Assembly: GCF_964213995.1 (NCBI RefSeq)
Contig: NC_135817.1
Location: forward strand, 30,070,001-30,134,000
DNA from: Mustelus asterias
Lineage: Eukaryota
DNA: 64,000 bases
Direction: 5' to 3'
Shown here: positions 1 to 13,113 of the stretch, piece after piece
How positions within the stretch are numbered: the first letter of the stretch is position 1
How the letters are laid out: each line of letters opens with the position of its first letter
The notes under the pieces: model-generated
The model's input: only the letters and a program-made list of their open reading frames with translations
Databases searched by the model: none
What the model was told of the DNA's origin: nothing
Made by a program: the position numbers and the translations under genes

Positions 1-116
1 TTGCTTGTTATTCCAGTTGTACAAAGCTTGTCGGTTAAAAAGACCAGCTTCTCTCCCAGTATTTCTCCTTTCAACCAATCAGAAATAGCAGCATATTTAA
101 CTGGATCCACACATGC
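1..116 (-). CDS. LTN1: Listerin exon 12 (truncated by window edge)
   Basis: tttcag|ACVDPVKYAAISDWLKGEILGEKLVFLTDKLCTTG...; WLKGxILGEKLV resembles vertebrate listerin. Confidence 0.9.
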
Positions 117-217
117 CTGAAAGAAACAGGTTGGAAACGGGTAAGGATAAATATTATCATGGAATATAACTAGTGTAATTAGTTATTTTGAAAAAAGTAA
201 TGTTTATAAACATGAAT

Positions 218-648
218 ATTGCTGAAGAGAGAGACATGCTGCCATTGCTTTTCATTTTGCACGCATCAGAGCAAATGTAAGTTTCAAATGATCCCAACAA
301 TTTCTACTACAGGAGAAAGGGGCAAATAAACTCTGATTGGCTGAGTTGTTGCCATGGAGAAAGGATTGAAGAACTATAGGCTTCCCAAGATCCCGGATTA
401 TGCAAAAACATGCAAGGGCTTAGAATATTCCTTTTGTTTGCAGAGAAGGGCAACTAGGGATGGGCAATAAATGTCGGCCTGGCCAGCGACGCCCATGTCC
501 CGTAAAATGAATTTAAAGGAACTGATCCCTGCATTTCCAATCAGCACTTGTAGTATAAAATGTTGTGATCATTTGAAATTTTACATTCCAGCAATTGTCC
601 TGATAAATATAAAGCAAAAAGCTTCAGCAATATGTCTCCTTCAGCAAT
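218..648. mobile_element. Old inverted-repeat element, possibly a third PLE-terminus family
   Basis: Arms attgctgaag..gagacat (218-237) and atgtctccttcagcaat (632-648); each arm has a decayed CTGATG/A...GAAAAGC-like motif. Confidence 0.5.
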
Positions 649-1357
649 TTTCCAGTTCTGTACTACCAAGCGATTGTTTATAAACTTCTGAATATCTTGT
701 TGTAAATTAAATCAAATAGTTACTTAAGTTTAGTTTCTTGGTTTTGATGATCAAAAAACACATTACCTACGGCACCAGTTCCTTCTACCTCTAAATATTC
801 AACATTGGCACAGAAATAATACCATCTTTTTTACGCAAGTTAAAATTGTTGAGTGCGTTGCAAGATTTCATTTCATCTCTATCAATGGGGAAAACCATAG
901 TAAAACTGTCAACATGTGCTTGTAATACCAGTTATGTCTATAGGGATTGATGAAAATGGCCAATTTCCAACTTAAATGTGTCACATGTTAACAAATGAAG
1001 CAGATGTTGAAGACAAACAGCTTCTTCGGTCCTCAAAGTACAAACCAACTACAAAGAATTTTAATTAAAATTCCCTGAATTCAAATATTTTTACACAGTA
1101 TGCTACGTACATAATCAAATGACTTAGAAATTTTCTGAACCTTACATTTTGAAAGCTGAATGAATAGCAGCAGATTCAAAATTAAATCAACATTACCCAA
1201 ATATGATACTGTTGGACATGGAAGTTAAATTTATGATCATGCAAGAAAATCTGCACTTCTATTTTCAATGAAGTGAGAAATGTGTGAACTCCCAAAGAAC
1301 GAGTGTTTCTGACACTCTTAAACTCTGTAAATAAACATCAACAGTATGAAAAATTAC

Positions 1358-1399
1358 CTTTTGTATAATGAGAGACAAGATGAGCCATCCTTTTTCCAT
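1358..1399 (-). CDS. LTN1: Listerin exon 11
   Basis: ttgtag|MEKGWLILSLIIQK|gtaatt; 42 nt, phase 0/0. Confidence 0.85.
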
Positions 1400-1567
1400 C
1401 TACAAAGAAAAAAATAATATTCTTCAGTGAAGGGGTAACATTATAACCAACTTGCATTTGTATGGCACCTTTAACACCTGAACTATACCATGGTGCTTCA
1501 CAGAGATGTCAAACAAAATTAGATGTTGAGTCAAAGTATTTATTAGAAGTTGTGACTAAAAGTTTGT

Positions 1568-1801
1568 GGTGTCGATGTGGAGATGCCGGTGTTGGACTGG
1601 GGTGGACAAGATGAGACAAGATAACCTGGTGTCATGTGACCACATGACACCAGGTTATAGTCCAACAGGTTTATTTGAAATCATAAGTTTTTGGAGCACT
1701 GCTCCTTCGCCAGGTGAAGTGACGAAGGTGCAGCGCTCGAAAGCTTGTGATTTCAAATAAACTGGTTGGACTATAACCTGGTGTCATGTGACCTCTCACC
1801 T
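1568..1801. mobile_element. Palindromic PLE mini-element (two inverted hammerhead-bearing termini plus tail)
   Basis: ~70-bp inverted arms at 1641-1712 and 1720-1790; tail at 1574-1608; 15-bp TSD tgactaaaagtttgt at 1553-1567 and 1802-1816. Confidence 0.85.
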
Positions 1802-3681
1802 TGACTAAAAGTTTGTTAGATTTAAAGGAAAGTCTTGAAGGAGATGAGAGAGGCAGAGGGATGCTGAGATTTAGGGAGGGAATCCAGAACTCAAGTCCAA
1901 GGCAGCTGTGGTAGGGTGAACAAGATTGAAGAGTCCTGCCCGATATCTTCTGAATGTTTAATGAAAAGAAATAGGAGCTCATCCAAAACTCTATGTTGGA
2001 CAAGCAAATTGACAACACAGAGGCAGCAGAAGGATTTAGAGGTTCTCGAGAGATTTAATTAAGTGCCTTTGTAATTTTGGTAAGTACCTTGGAAAGGAGA
2101 GAAGCGCAGAAAAAGATGATACATAAGCAGAAGCTCAGAACAGGTCACAGTACTGACTTGTCACTTGGGTACATGATAAGCACTGTGAAGAGTGGGAAAT
2201 TAAATAATTCAAATAGGGTAGAGGAAGCAAATAACAATGAAGATAGAGAAATTAAAGGTCAATATTAAAGCTTTCACAACTGAGAGAAGACTTGATAGAA
2301 GAACATCCATACTGTTTCCAGCTAGAACCTCATGTCACCGTATTTGGACGAGCCAGATTTCCACTACATACAATAAGGACACTACTACATTAACATCTCC
2401 GTGGCTCTGAAAGCTCTGATCTGTACTATCCTGAAGCAATTCATTCATTGGAACTCAATCCTTCTGCATCTCTGAGCCAGAACTACAGAAGACAGGGTTT
2501 AAACTGTGACCTGTAATTTAGACTCAAATTATCAGATGCTGGGATTCCACTTTTACTTTGAATTTGATAAGATCTGGTATTACTATTGCTAATATAGTGG
2601 GCTCAATTTTACAGCTGGATTTGGGACCTCGATGTTCCCATGTGCCAGGAATTGGAATGGATCAGCAATTTTCCTGGAGGCCATTTTCTAATTAGCTGCT
2701 TTGGGGCTTGGTGTCCAATTAAGGATGGCAGGCATGATGGAGAGGCTGCAAAACCAATTTAGAAAGTTGGAAGCTCTAAAACATCTTCCCCATTAACCCA
2801 GGTGGAAGGAACTTTGCTACAAAGCTAAAAATGAAGTTGTACTGTCAACCATTAGAGAGCACAACTTGCATTTGTTGCAGTTGATTTAATCCCATGGTCC
2901 TTAATTTATAGACATGCCTCAGTGCTACGTTATTTTAGACTTGGCCAGATGGGCCACAAGACTGGGAGATCCAGGATCAACAATTTATGAACCTAAACAC
3001 AGATGGTACTGCAATGTTTTTTTCCCTGTTTGACTATAAACCACAGTAATTACACATAGCTCTTATTTTATAACTCAACTTTCCACTTATTTCAAACACT
3101 CTGAGCTCCAATAGCAGCCTGTTCCTTCCCACCTCTGTTGCCCCTTTCGTTCCAACTCATTTTACTTGTACTCTATATTCACCAGTTTTCACAATTGGCA
3201 CCATGAAAGCTGCAAGAAGGAAGAGGATAATTGTTGCAGAAACAAACCGATGTGAAAATAAAGGAAGTTACGGAGAAGTGGGAGAAGAACATGGCACTCT
3301 AACTGTTGCAGATGTGAAGAAGAACTTTATCCACACACTGAGTGTTCATGATCACGAAGGTGATGGAAATAGAGATTATAACTGATTTCAAAAGAAAGTT
3401 GGACGGACGCTTGAAGGAAATAAACCAGTAGAGCTTCGGGGATAGCGCTGGGGACTAGGTCTGATTGAATTGCCCTTTGGAGGGCAGACATGAAGTTGAT
3501 GTGCCGAATGCCCCCCTTCAATGCTGCAGTGGCTCTATGTTATGCTGGGATCAGAGTCCATTGCAGGCAAAGCATGAACAGCTGCAAAACTGTCTTGAAC
3601 ATGTTTCAGAACTATTGATCGAATGCTTTAACAACAGTGGTAAACAGAATTGCCGTTTATTTATTATATTTATTCACCTAC

Positions 3682-4473
3682 CTCAGAGATTTGATTCAGT
3701 ATTATTTTCCTTTCATTGTTATTGCAGCAATGAAAAACACTGTAGAGCATATCAACCAAAAAACTTAAGTCAGTTCTAGATTCTTGCACCCAGATTAGGA
3801 GTTTGTGAATCAGAAACTGTATAGCAGGGTTACTTGCTATCGCTTTCACTTCATTATTTGTTTCAAGGAAAGATACAGCATTCGCTGGGTTGTCATTTTC
3901 CAGCAAAATAGTAAATAGCTTCCTTGATGGAAATGAGCTAACCAGTGTGGACAAGAATGTAAGATGCATTTCAGAGTTCTGTTCATTAATAAAGGTCATG
4001 CTCAGTTTGGCAAGTTCACAGACAAGGCCTTCCAAAGGCACTGTTCTGGCAGGATGGTTGTCCCCCAAATATTCAGATTCCAATGCATTCTTAGTTCCGA
4101 AAGTTAATTCTGTCAGATGATTGGTAACATTGTTATCACGATTCTCAGTTTCTTCTTCGTCAATAAATCTGATTTTTCCTTTCTTTTTCACTGATTGTTT
4201 CGTAGTGCTGTCAGGCTTTCTCAAGAACTTGAGCAAAGATGAGACTCCTTCCAACAAATTTTTGTCAGCTTCTGCACTGCCTACCCGAGACAGGCAGGCT
4301 TGAGAAAGACCAACCCAAAAATCAGATAACAGTCTTCTGTATGCATCAGCCCACTCTTCTATATCTGAATTATCAGTTCGTTTTTCCCACGAGGCAAGAG
4401 TGTCTGCGAGTTGGGAGAAAGTGCTGGCTTGCAGTTTGGGATACTTCCAAGCAGAATGTATAAGAGGTAGTAG
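3682..4473 (-). CDS. LTN1: Listerin exon 10 (large HEAT-region exon)
   Basis: ttcag|LLPLIHSAWKYPKLQ...KIILNQISE|gtaggt; 792 nt open frame containing ORF 3670..4257. Confidence 0.93.
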
Positions 4474-4740
4474 CTGAAGGAAATAAGAAGTTCAACTTTA
4501 TTCTTTCTGAAATTACACAATGTAAAACATTTTTTCTTTATTCTATATACTCTCAGCCTGTATCTGTTCATGTTCTCCTTTCCATATGTCACATACATAA
4601 CTTCAACTGTTTAAAATATCTGACAAGCAAGCTATAGCTTGGCTATTTGCCAAGCTGTTGGCAATCACAAACCCGATATTCAGGCACTCTAATGTGTAAA
4701 ATGTTAGCTATTAACAAATAAAAAGACTAAAAATAATGTT

Positions 4741-4837
4741 ACAAAAACAAAAATGCTGGAAAATCTCAGCAGGTCTGACAGCATCTGTGGAGAGAGAACA
4801 GAACTAATGTTTCAAATCTGAATGACTCTTCATCAGA
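4741..4837 (-). mobile_element. Second-family PLE-terminus-like repeat with a hammerhead-like core
   Basis: Minus strand CTGATGA-AGAGTCATTCAGATTT-GAAACATT...gatgctgtcagacctgctgagattttccagc; similar to 25481-25580. Confidence 0.68.
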
Positions 4838-6489
4838 TAGATATAATAATGTTGCTATCTCCACAAAGGCTCCTAACTTTGACAAGGATACTTAAATTTC
4901 TAGTAACTGAAAAGATCGCATGGCAAAAGTTCAAGTTTTAAAACATTCACTGTAACAAACAAACTAAAAGCAACATTGAACTAAACACTATTTGGTAGAC
5001 AACTTGTACTTTAAACTACAGAAAAGATCCATGTGCTTACGGCCGAGATATCCCCGGCAATGGTTATACTGCAAGCTGTTCTTTAAACGGACACTTTATT
5101 CTTCTGGAGCCAGTCTGAAGTTATTCTCCAATCCCAATGGCCTGTTTCCATTATTTCTTTTGCAGCTTGTAACATCTAATCCCAAAACTGATTTGTACTG
5201 AGGGTTATGCTGGAAATTCCATCTCTCTACCCAAGGTGAGGCAAATCTATGAGCCTTTCTTAAATCCTCACAAACTTAGTCTCTTTAATCTGAGCGCAAG
5301 CTTCCACCTGCATTGAGAGTAGTGAACAATAGAAGCCATATTTTCCCTGCTTTCGATGCTGGAATAGCTGCTTCTATCTTCTGCTCTCTCTCAGATTCTT
5401 GCAGACTGATGTGTCCATGAGGTTCAGTGATATCTTAAGAATTCTTTGACTCAATACCATAATGGCTTTCTGTGGATTTGCCTTCCCAAAGCCCATCTCT
5501 ATGACAATATAAATCACTTGGGCCTTCTATCCAGTTGGAAATGTTAATTCGCTATTGTCTAGACCGCTAACTTCGTTCTGCGCTGATACCTCAAAGTATA
5601 GCCTTTTATAAAACATGGCATTCCTAACACCTCCCTGTGATTTTACCCAGTCACTGCTCTTACCAATGTTTACAGATGTGAACATCGAACAATTTCTTCT
5701 TACTAAGACAACCTGAGCTTGCCTTTAATCTTCAATAACCAAGATTTGTTATTGGGCATAATTCAGAGCAGATCACATGACAACCTTCATTCTTCCATTT
5801 TATCTTAAAGTAAAGAGACAGTCCAAAAACATAACAATCTTGCAGCCTTTGTATTTGTAACAATAGTTAAAGTAAATGATGACTTGCATTAAAGCTAAAT
5901 TCAAAAGGCATGATGGTGTTTGTTATTTCCTAAGCATGCTATACAAAAGAGTGATAGGATGAAGATTTGTGTCCACAATTCTCCACACAGCAAGTTACCA
6001 ATCCCATCTTTTGAACAGAACTACCAGTGGCCAGATACTCTGAGCAGTTTTGAATCAGCAGGGAAATTAAGGGTTATAGCAAGAAGGCAAGAAATTGGAC
6101 TTCGAGAGTGTTAGATCAGCCATGATCTTATTAAATGGTGGAGTAAGCCCAACGGGCTGAATGGCCTACTCCTGTTCCTATTTCTTATGGTCTTATGGTT
6201 TAATGGAAGGGAAAGATGCCATAGCCTGTTCCTTGTGTATATGCATAACTATTCTCTTAGACAAGGATATTACACAACTCAAGGAAATTCCAGAATGGGA
6301 ACAGAATGAGAAAAACTCTCAAAAAAAGAAAACAAGGAAAAATCATCACTGGTGAAATGGTACCACAGTACAATAAAGTGCATAATGGTGTTGATTAATG
6401 GGCTAGATTCCCAGACTCTTTTGAGTTTTCAATTTTAGCATGCAAATTCTCAACATTTTAATGAAATGTTAGCGTAGCTTTTCATATAC

Positions 6490-6637
6490 CTGTTCATTTA
6501 TGAGCATTTGTTGGAGTTTCTGCTGATCCTCGGCCTTTCCAAGATTCTGGTGTAGAGTGAAATGCAAACATTCCATAAAAGCTGATACAATTGCTGAACT
6601 TTCAGTGCAGCTCATCAAGGCACGCTCACTCAGTATT
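6490..6637 (-). CDS. LTN1: Listerin exon 9
   Basis: ccttag|ILSERALMSCTESSAIVSAFMECLHFTLHQNLGKAEDQQKLQQMLINEQ|gtatat; 148 nt; phase consistent. Confidence 0.92.
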
Positions 6638-8374
6638 CTAAGGAACAATAAAAGTACATTTTTTTAAATCACTTGAGAAATTAGTTCTCAAAATTATTGC
6701 TACAGAAAAATTGTAAACATTTTGTCCTCAAAAAGAGTTTATATATTCAATAATCTAAATTTTCCAAATAATTTTTTGCACCACTTTTGGGTCACATGAT
6801 TAAAAGGGTAACAAAATGAGGTTTCTGAGACATGATAAGGCAGTTTTCAAACTCTGCGTCAGCATTAGAAAGGGGAAAATATTAAAAATTCACACGGTGT
6901 CCTTTGATGAATTTATTTTTGAAGCTACATTCAATTACCCTTTGATCACAATCTATTTTGACCACTTGCAGCAAGTAACAATCATACAATCTGGGGCCAA
7001 AGCCAACCTTATTGCTTTAGAAATAAGAGAGTTGGACCATTTTTAATAGAAGCAAATATAATCCTACCAAAAATATAAACCTTAAGAAAGACTTATGCAG
7101 TACAATGCAATGTTCAGAAACCAATGGAGAAGCTTTGAAATCAGAGTCACAATTTATGTGGTCAAGAAGTGTTGATTTCCAACATATAGCTCCTTTGTTA
7201 TAAGAGGACTGACCATTCTTAGCAGGGGGAAGGGGTGGGAATAATACAAGTTAAATGCAGGTGACTCCAAGGTGCAAGCACAGCTACAGAAGATAGCAAC
7301 ACCAACTTTCTGTAATAGACCTGGTCATCTGAAACAAGCTCACAACTCAGTAATGGTAGACTTTCCACGTGAACAGGTACTTTTCTCACTTGGCTCCAGA
7401 TAACCTGTAAGCTAACATTTTAACAAGTTGTGTGGTTGTATGTGTGGATCAGCAGTGGGGAAATAGTCAGTGGTATGTAGCAGTATGGTGTGTAGGTTTA
7501 GCTGATTCAATTCCAGCAGCACCCCTGCACACACTTGAAGATGCCTAAGCCTTGATTATTGTTGAAACATGCTTAAGATGACATAAGTGCAGTATATGTA
7601 CTTCATACCAGATAAGCTGAAATTTTAATGTTGCAATAAAGATCTATGTAAGCTAGATAGTAATAAATATATTTAAACAATTTCTTCACCATTGTGTGCA
7701 TATGCATCTTTTCACTGCATGATTTATTGTTAAAATACTTTCACTATTTCTGAAAAAGCAAAATTGCTTTAATTAGCTAAACTGGCCAGGTACTGCATTG
7801 AATTTCTATTTCACACATTTATATACTGCTCTGGAGTTTATTCCACATTAAATAAAAGTGACAGAAAAAACACTTTCAAGGCTCCATATGCTATAGAATA
7901 CAGCTGAAGTATCCGTTTTAAGTAAATCCCTAATTGAAAAGATGATTTTCTGTTTTACTGTGAAGAGAAACATCCTGGAATAAAACTGTTAATTCTATAT
8001 TGATCAATCAGATTCCAATCGCTCTTTCAAGATTGTTCTAGTATAATAAGCCCATTAAAAATCTGGACAGGAAAATTCCTAAAAACAGTATATGAAAGGA
8101 ACAGATTGGATAGCAGTGCAAGAAAATTAGAGTTTTTTTCTATAACCTCCCCCACCTGCCCAACGTTGTTTCTATTCAGGCCACTTCCAAACACTCCATT
8201 TCTTTAACTTTGGTATTTTGTACATATCCTTTACCCTTTGTTCACAGCAGAGCTCTAAGCCAACTGGATACAACCAGCTGAAAAACCTTTCCACCACTTC
8301 AGCTTCTTCTGCTCCTTAAAAACTACTCAAAACATCTCTCTGCTACATTCCAGACATGCAAATCCATTAAGAAA

Positions 8375-9665
8375 TTCAGGAGTGGTCAGAATGGGGGAGC
8401 ATTGTCAAGTTGGCAAGCTGTGACCAGTGCAGTGCCGCAAGGATCAGTGTTGGGCACTCAGCTTTTTGAAATCTATTTTAATGACTTAGACTGAGGAGAC
8501 AGAGAGTAGTAATGTATTTAAGTTCATTGGTGATACAAAGCTAGGTGGGAATACAAGCTCTGGGGAGGACACAGAGATTTAGACAGATTAAATGAGTTGA
8601 CAACAAGTTGAAAGATATAATGTGGGGAAGTGAGGCTAATCATTTTGGTCACCAGAATAGAAAAACAGAATACTTTTTAAAAGGCATGAAACCCGTAAAT
8701 GTTGATTTTCAGATAGATGAGTGTACTCATACAAGGAACACAAAAAGTTAACAAGGGGGTACAGCAAGCAATTAGGAAAGCAAGTAGCATGTTGGCCTTT
8801 ATTGCAATGAATTAAAGTCCAAGAATAAAGAAGTTGTGCTACAATTGTACAGGGCTTCGACGAGGCCACAGCTGGAATACATTGTGCAGTTTTGGTTTCC
8901 ATATTTAACAAAGAATATTGGAGGCAATATATCAAAGGTTCACTATATTCACTCTTGGGATGAAGGGGTTGTCCTGTTATCAGAGGCTGAGTAAATTGAG
9001 TTTATATTCTCATGAGTTTAGAAGAACAAGAAGTGATCTCATTGAAATATTCAAGATTAGGTGAGCACTTGAAGTGCCATAGCATACAAGTGAAGTGCTG
9101 GAAAATGGGATTAGGACAGGTGATTGATGACTGATGCAGACACGATGAACTGAAGAGCCTCTTTTCATGCTGCAAAACTCAATGGGCAGGATTTTCCGCC
9201 ACATTCGCCCCAAAATCAGAAAATCCTACCTGCGGTCAACAGACATTTGCATGGTCCACTCCCTGCCCACTACGATTCCCATGGCAGGCGGGACAGGAAA
9301 ATTCCACCCTTTGACCCTATGATTATGAAGGGACTTAACAAGGTTGGTACAGAGATTGTTTCCCCTGGGTAGGGAATCTAGACCAGGGGGACACAGTTTC
9401 AGGATAAGCAGTCACCATTTTGAATTGAAATGAGAATTTCCTTCAATCAAAGGGTTGTGAATCTTTGGAATTCTCTACTCCAGAGGTTTGTGGATGTACT
9501 ATCATTTAACATATTTAAGGCTGCGATAGCCAGAATTTGGGACTCTCAAAGGGTCAAAGGATACGGGGAGTTAGTGGGAAATGGAGTTGAAGCCCAAGAT
9601 TAGCCATGGTCATATTGAACAGCGGAGCAGTCTTGTTGTGTGGTCTTCAACTGCTCCAGTTTCTT
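8375..9665 (+). mobile_element. Old CR1 LINE 3' portion with nested inserts
   Basis: gtgccgcaaggatcagtgttggg (GVPQGSVLG-like), ctggaatacattgtgcagttttgg, CR1-like tail near 9600-9665. Confidence 0.82.
9183..9309. mobile_element. Small MITE
   Basis: Imperfect TIRs gggcaggattttcc and ggaaaattccaccc. Confidence 0.6.
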
Positions 9666-10038
9666 ATGCAGTCACAAAGATAATTTTGAATAGCATATAT
9701 TAATCTTGTACATTCACAGTTGTCATTTTTTATACTGGGGTTGTCCTCGCCCCTTTCAGTTTGGACTCTTACAATTCAGAGTAATCAGGGTGGAATGGAC
9801 TTTAACCTAGGAACTAGAAACAAAATAGCAGCATGCTATACCATTGATCCACTCAATGATCCCTTTTTAAAGATTTCTCTTGTCTTCTCTAGAAACCTGT
9901 ATTCCAGGACATTATTTTTTTTAAAAATTGAAACACCAAATTATGTTATGAAAATTGCCCCAGATCACCATATTCTCATTAATAGCTAAATAACATCATA
10001 GAGTTTAATAGTGATGGAAATGATCAAACAAATCATAC

Positions 10039-10229
10039 CCCTTGCTAAAGGTACTGAAGAACAAGGTGAAGAACTCTATCTTTGATCCAATTATTTCTTC
10101 AGGTAACCTGCTGATAAATGGTAAAAGACTTGGATAGACAAAAGTTGCCAAGCCACAGCCACCTTCTTTAAGAACTGCCCATAGTTTTGGCAAAACTCCT
10201 TTCTTCGCATTCACATGGGTCCAGCAATC
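10039..10229 (-). CDS. LTN1: Listerin exon 8
   Basis: ttag|DCWTHVNAKKGVLPKLWAVLKEGGCGLATFVYPSLLPFISRLP...FSKG|gtatga; 191 nt. Confidence 0.95.
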
Positions 10230-11501
10230 CTAACAAAAACAGAAATAAAATAGATCAGTGTTACTAAAATTTACAGTACTTGATGGAAAACATGAAGTTG
10301 GTGAAACCGAAACCTCTGTATGCCAAATAAATTATGGAACCAAATTAGCTACAGTATTACGATATAGCACCAATCTTAAATGGAAGATGCTATTAGAATC
10401 TTTATGGATGCAATTTCATGATTTTTTCACAGCAACTACAGAATTTCAAAGAGTCTCTCCTATCTTCATTTATTTGTATTTCTAATAACATTTTAATAAA
10501 AACAATTATTTGTATTATGATGGTGACCATGAAAATTGTTGGTAACAAAGGACTGTGAGTAACTCAGTGGTGCAAAATCAATATAATGTTCAAATGTGCA
10601 AAATTATAAACTCTAATACAAGAGTGTAATTGAGGTTGTAAACCATTCCACTGAGCCTAAATCAGCAGCTAAGAACAAGGATAGATAGGGGCATAGGGTG
10701 TGGAGTTTTGAGTGTAAACTGAACAGATTTATACCCACAAGGCATTTCACTCGAAATGTTGTAAGATGGTGCTCATCTATCACTGCTTTCAAAAATTCTA
10801 ATAAAAACCAAACCCTGCATCTGTGGCTTCAGTGTCCTCTGCTGTAAACCACTCAGTCTACTTCTTTTACTAATTGAATAGCCAGCTATGCCTTAAAAGG
10901 ACTCTGACTTTTTTGACACAATTTGTTTCTATTACTCAAGACTGTCTGAGGAACATTTCCACTTCAGGCAGTGGCAGCTGGAACAGATGGAAAGCAAAAA
11001 TAAATACATTTTGTTCCAGCAATTTTCCCCTGCTCCTCTTCTCACCTCCTCTAGCTGTGGTTAATGTTCACCAGACATCCTACTGCTATCTATTGAACAA
11101 TAGACATCTATAAATGGCCACTGTTTATATGAGAGTTCGATTAGGTGGCAATAGCCTACGCACTCAACAGCAGTGCCACAGTTGAACACGTTACTATTGT
11201 CATCCGATACTCTCACAGATATAATTCTAGAGCAGGGGTCACAAGACAATGCTCAGAAGCAGATAGCCTGGCAAACTTCCCCTCCTTACCCAGGGGTAAC
11301 TGAGGTATACAGCAGCATCTCAACTGGTATCCCAGCTGAAATCAACTGACTCAGTACAGATCAAATGGTGATGGTGGTAGCCGGGTGGGGGGGCTTCCCG
11401 TGGCTCAACTACTCAGTACTGTAACCCAGTGCCTACTGAGTGTTCCATAGATTCAGGCTGTCTATGTACCTGATTTAAAATAAAACACCAATCATAATTT
11501 A

Positions 11502-11803
11502 GGATGGCATGGTGGCACAGTAGTTAGCACTTCTGCCTCTCAGCACCAGGGACCCGGGTTCAATTCCAGCCTTGAGTGACTGTGTGGAGTTTGCACATTC
11601 TCCGCGTGTCTGCCTGGGTTTTCTCTGGGTGTTCCCGTTTCCTCCCACAGTCCAAAGATGTACAGGTTAAGTGGATTAACGGGGCAAACGTGTGGGGTTA
11701 CGGGGATAGGACGGAGGTGGGCCTGTGTCAGATGGTCTTTTGGAGAATCGATGCAGACTCGTTGGGCCAAATGACCTCTTTCTGCACTGCAGGGATTCGA
11801 TGA
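11502..11803 (+). mobile_element. HE1/V-SINE-type tRNA-derived SINE
   Basis: Head ggtggcacagtagttagcac, V-domain tgtgtggagtttgcacattctcc, CR1-type tail ctgcactgcagggattc. Confidence 0.88.
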
Positions 11804-11896
11804 TAACTTCACCAAAACAATACAATCAACTAACTTTCTTCAATGTTTTTTTAATCTGATTTGTGTCCGAATCGTCTATTTCAGGCTTCACTTTAC

Positions 11897-12070
11897 CTCA
11901 ATGCAGGTGAGCACGTAAAGTGCTGCTGCCCAGACTGGAGGGCAGACTACTGGATCCATATCATCTATGCTCAGTAGCACAGCGGGACACACTCTTGCAG
12001 CTTCAATCTTCATCAGCTCAGGCAAATATTGGCAAAAAGCAATAATTAATTCAAAGAAAGCTGAACGGAT
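11897..12070 (-). CDS. LTN1: Listerin exon 7
   Basis: ttag|[58 protein letters not shown]|gtaaag; 174 nt; absent from the ORF track. Confidence 0.94.
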
Positions 12071-12932
12071 CTAACAAATGAAAGAACAAAAGCTGTAAGT
12101 GTTTCTGATTCTCACCATTTTGATCAAGATATTAACATTTATACTTTGCACTCAGAACAGTATGTGGTTGAATCTGATGTGCAAAGTTCAAATGATCAAC
12201 AAAATGTACTGTGTAGTCATCAGGTTATATTATTTTGAATGAAGGTTAAAAAGTAAGGAACAAACTCTTCTATACAATTAATTTTCCTGTATAAAGGAAT
12301 CAAATTTCCCTCAATTGTCCTACGCTCTTATTCTGCATTGAAAGTTCTAAAAGTAAAGTTTTAAGTTCGGATAAAATTAAGCATTAATTTTGGTGAGGTA
12401 AAGTCTATGCAAGACAATGTTTTGATGTCATGTTTGAGATAAAAATGTATCTATTGATAAGAAATAAAAAGTACACATTCTTCTTAAGACTCAACTAGAG
12501 TCACCATGCTTCCTCCTCCAACCAAGAGGCCCACACTGTCTGATTTGGACTTTGAACATTGGTAATTGCAGACCTGTGGGCTGAACTAATCCTGCCATTA
12601 TTCATTCCTCTTCCCACAGATCCTGAAGTCTTCAAACATGACACATTCAATGAATGGACTATAATATATCTAACATAAGGTAAATTCAAAGTTAGGAACA
12701 CTGATCAGAGGTCCAGTGTTTTACTGCTTTAGCTTCCCAGTATCCTCCTATCTTCAACAAAATTGTTGAAATAAGTACTTCTATGAACATTAATTCCGGT
12801 ACATAATGAAAATGTGGAAAACATTTAAATTTGAAAGCTTTCACTGTTGAGGAGCTTGATTTCTTGTGTAATAGTTGAATTACTTATTGTAATATGTCTT
12901 TTTTTATATATCAGAGAGTGGTTAAGTCAAAC

Positions 12933-13113
12933 CTGTGGAGTTTTATGTCTGCTGTATTTCCAGAACTTGGGCTGTGATACAAGTTCCATCAGTTTGTCTT
13001 TCAGGGCAGCGTTCTCATTTTCAGGGAGAAGATCAAGCAGCTTTTTCAGAGCCAATAGCGAACTTGTAACAACCCTCAAGTATTTGCCTTCCCTTTCTTC
13101 CTCAGGCACACTT
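12933..13113 (-). CDS. LTN1: Listerin exon 6
   Basis: ttag|[26 protein letters not shown]...[12 protein letters not shown]|gtttga; 181 nt. Confidence 0.95.

Noticed and set aside
5000-5700. Non-AT-rich intronic stretch that might be an LTR or LINE ORF remnant
   Set aside because: No open frame or motif I could recognise; cannot support a call without a search
11110-11440. Possible ancient SINE (similar traces at ~20770-20990)
   Set aside because: Too diverged to set boundaries or assign a family by eye
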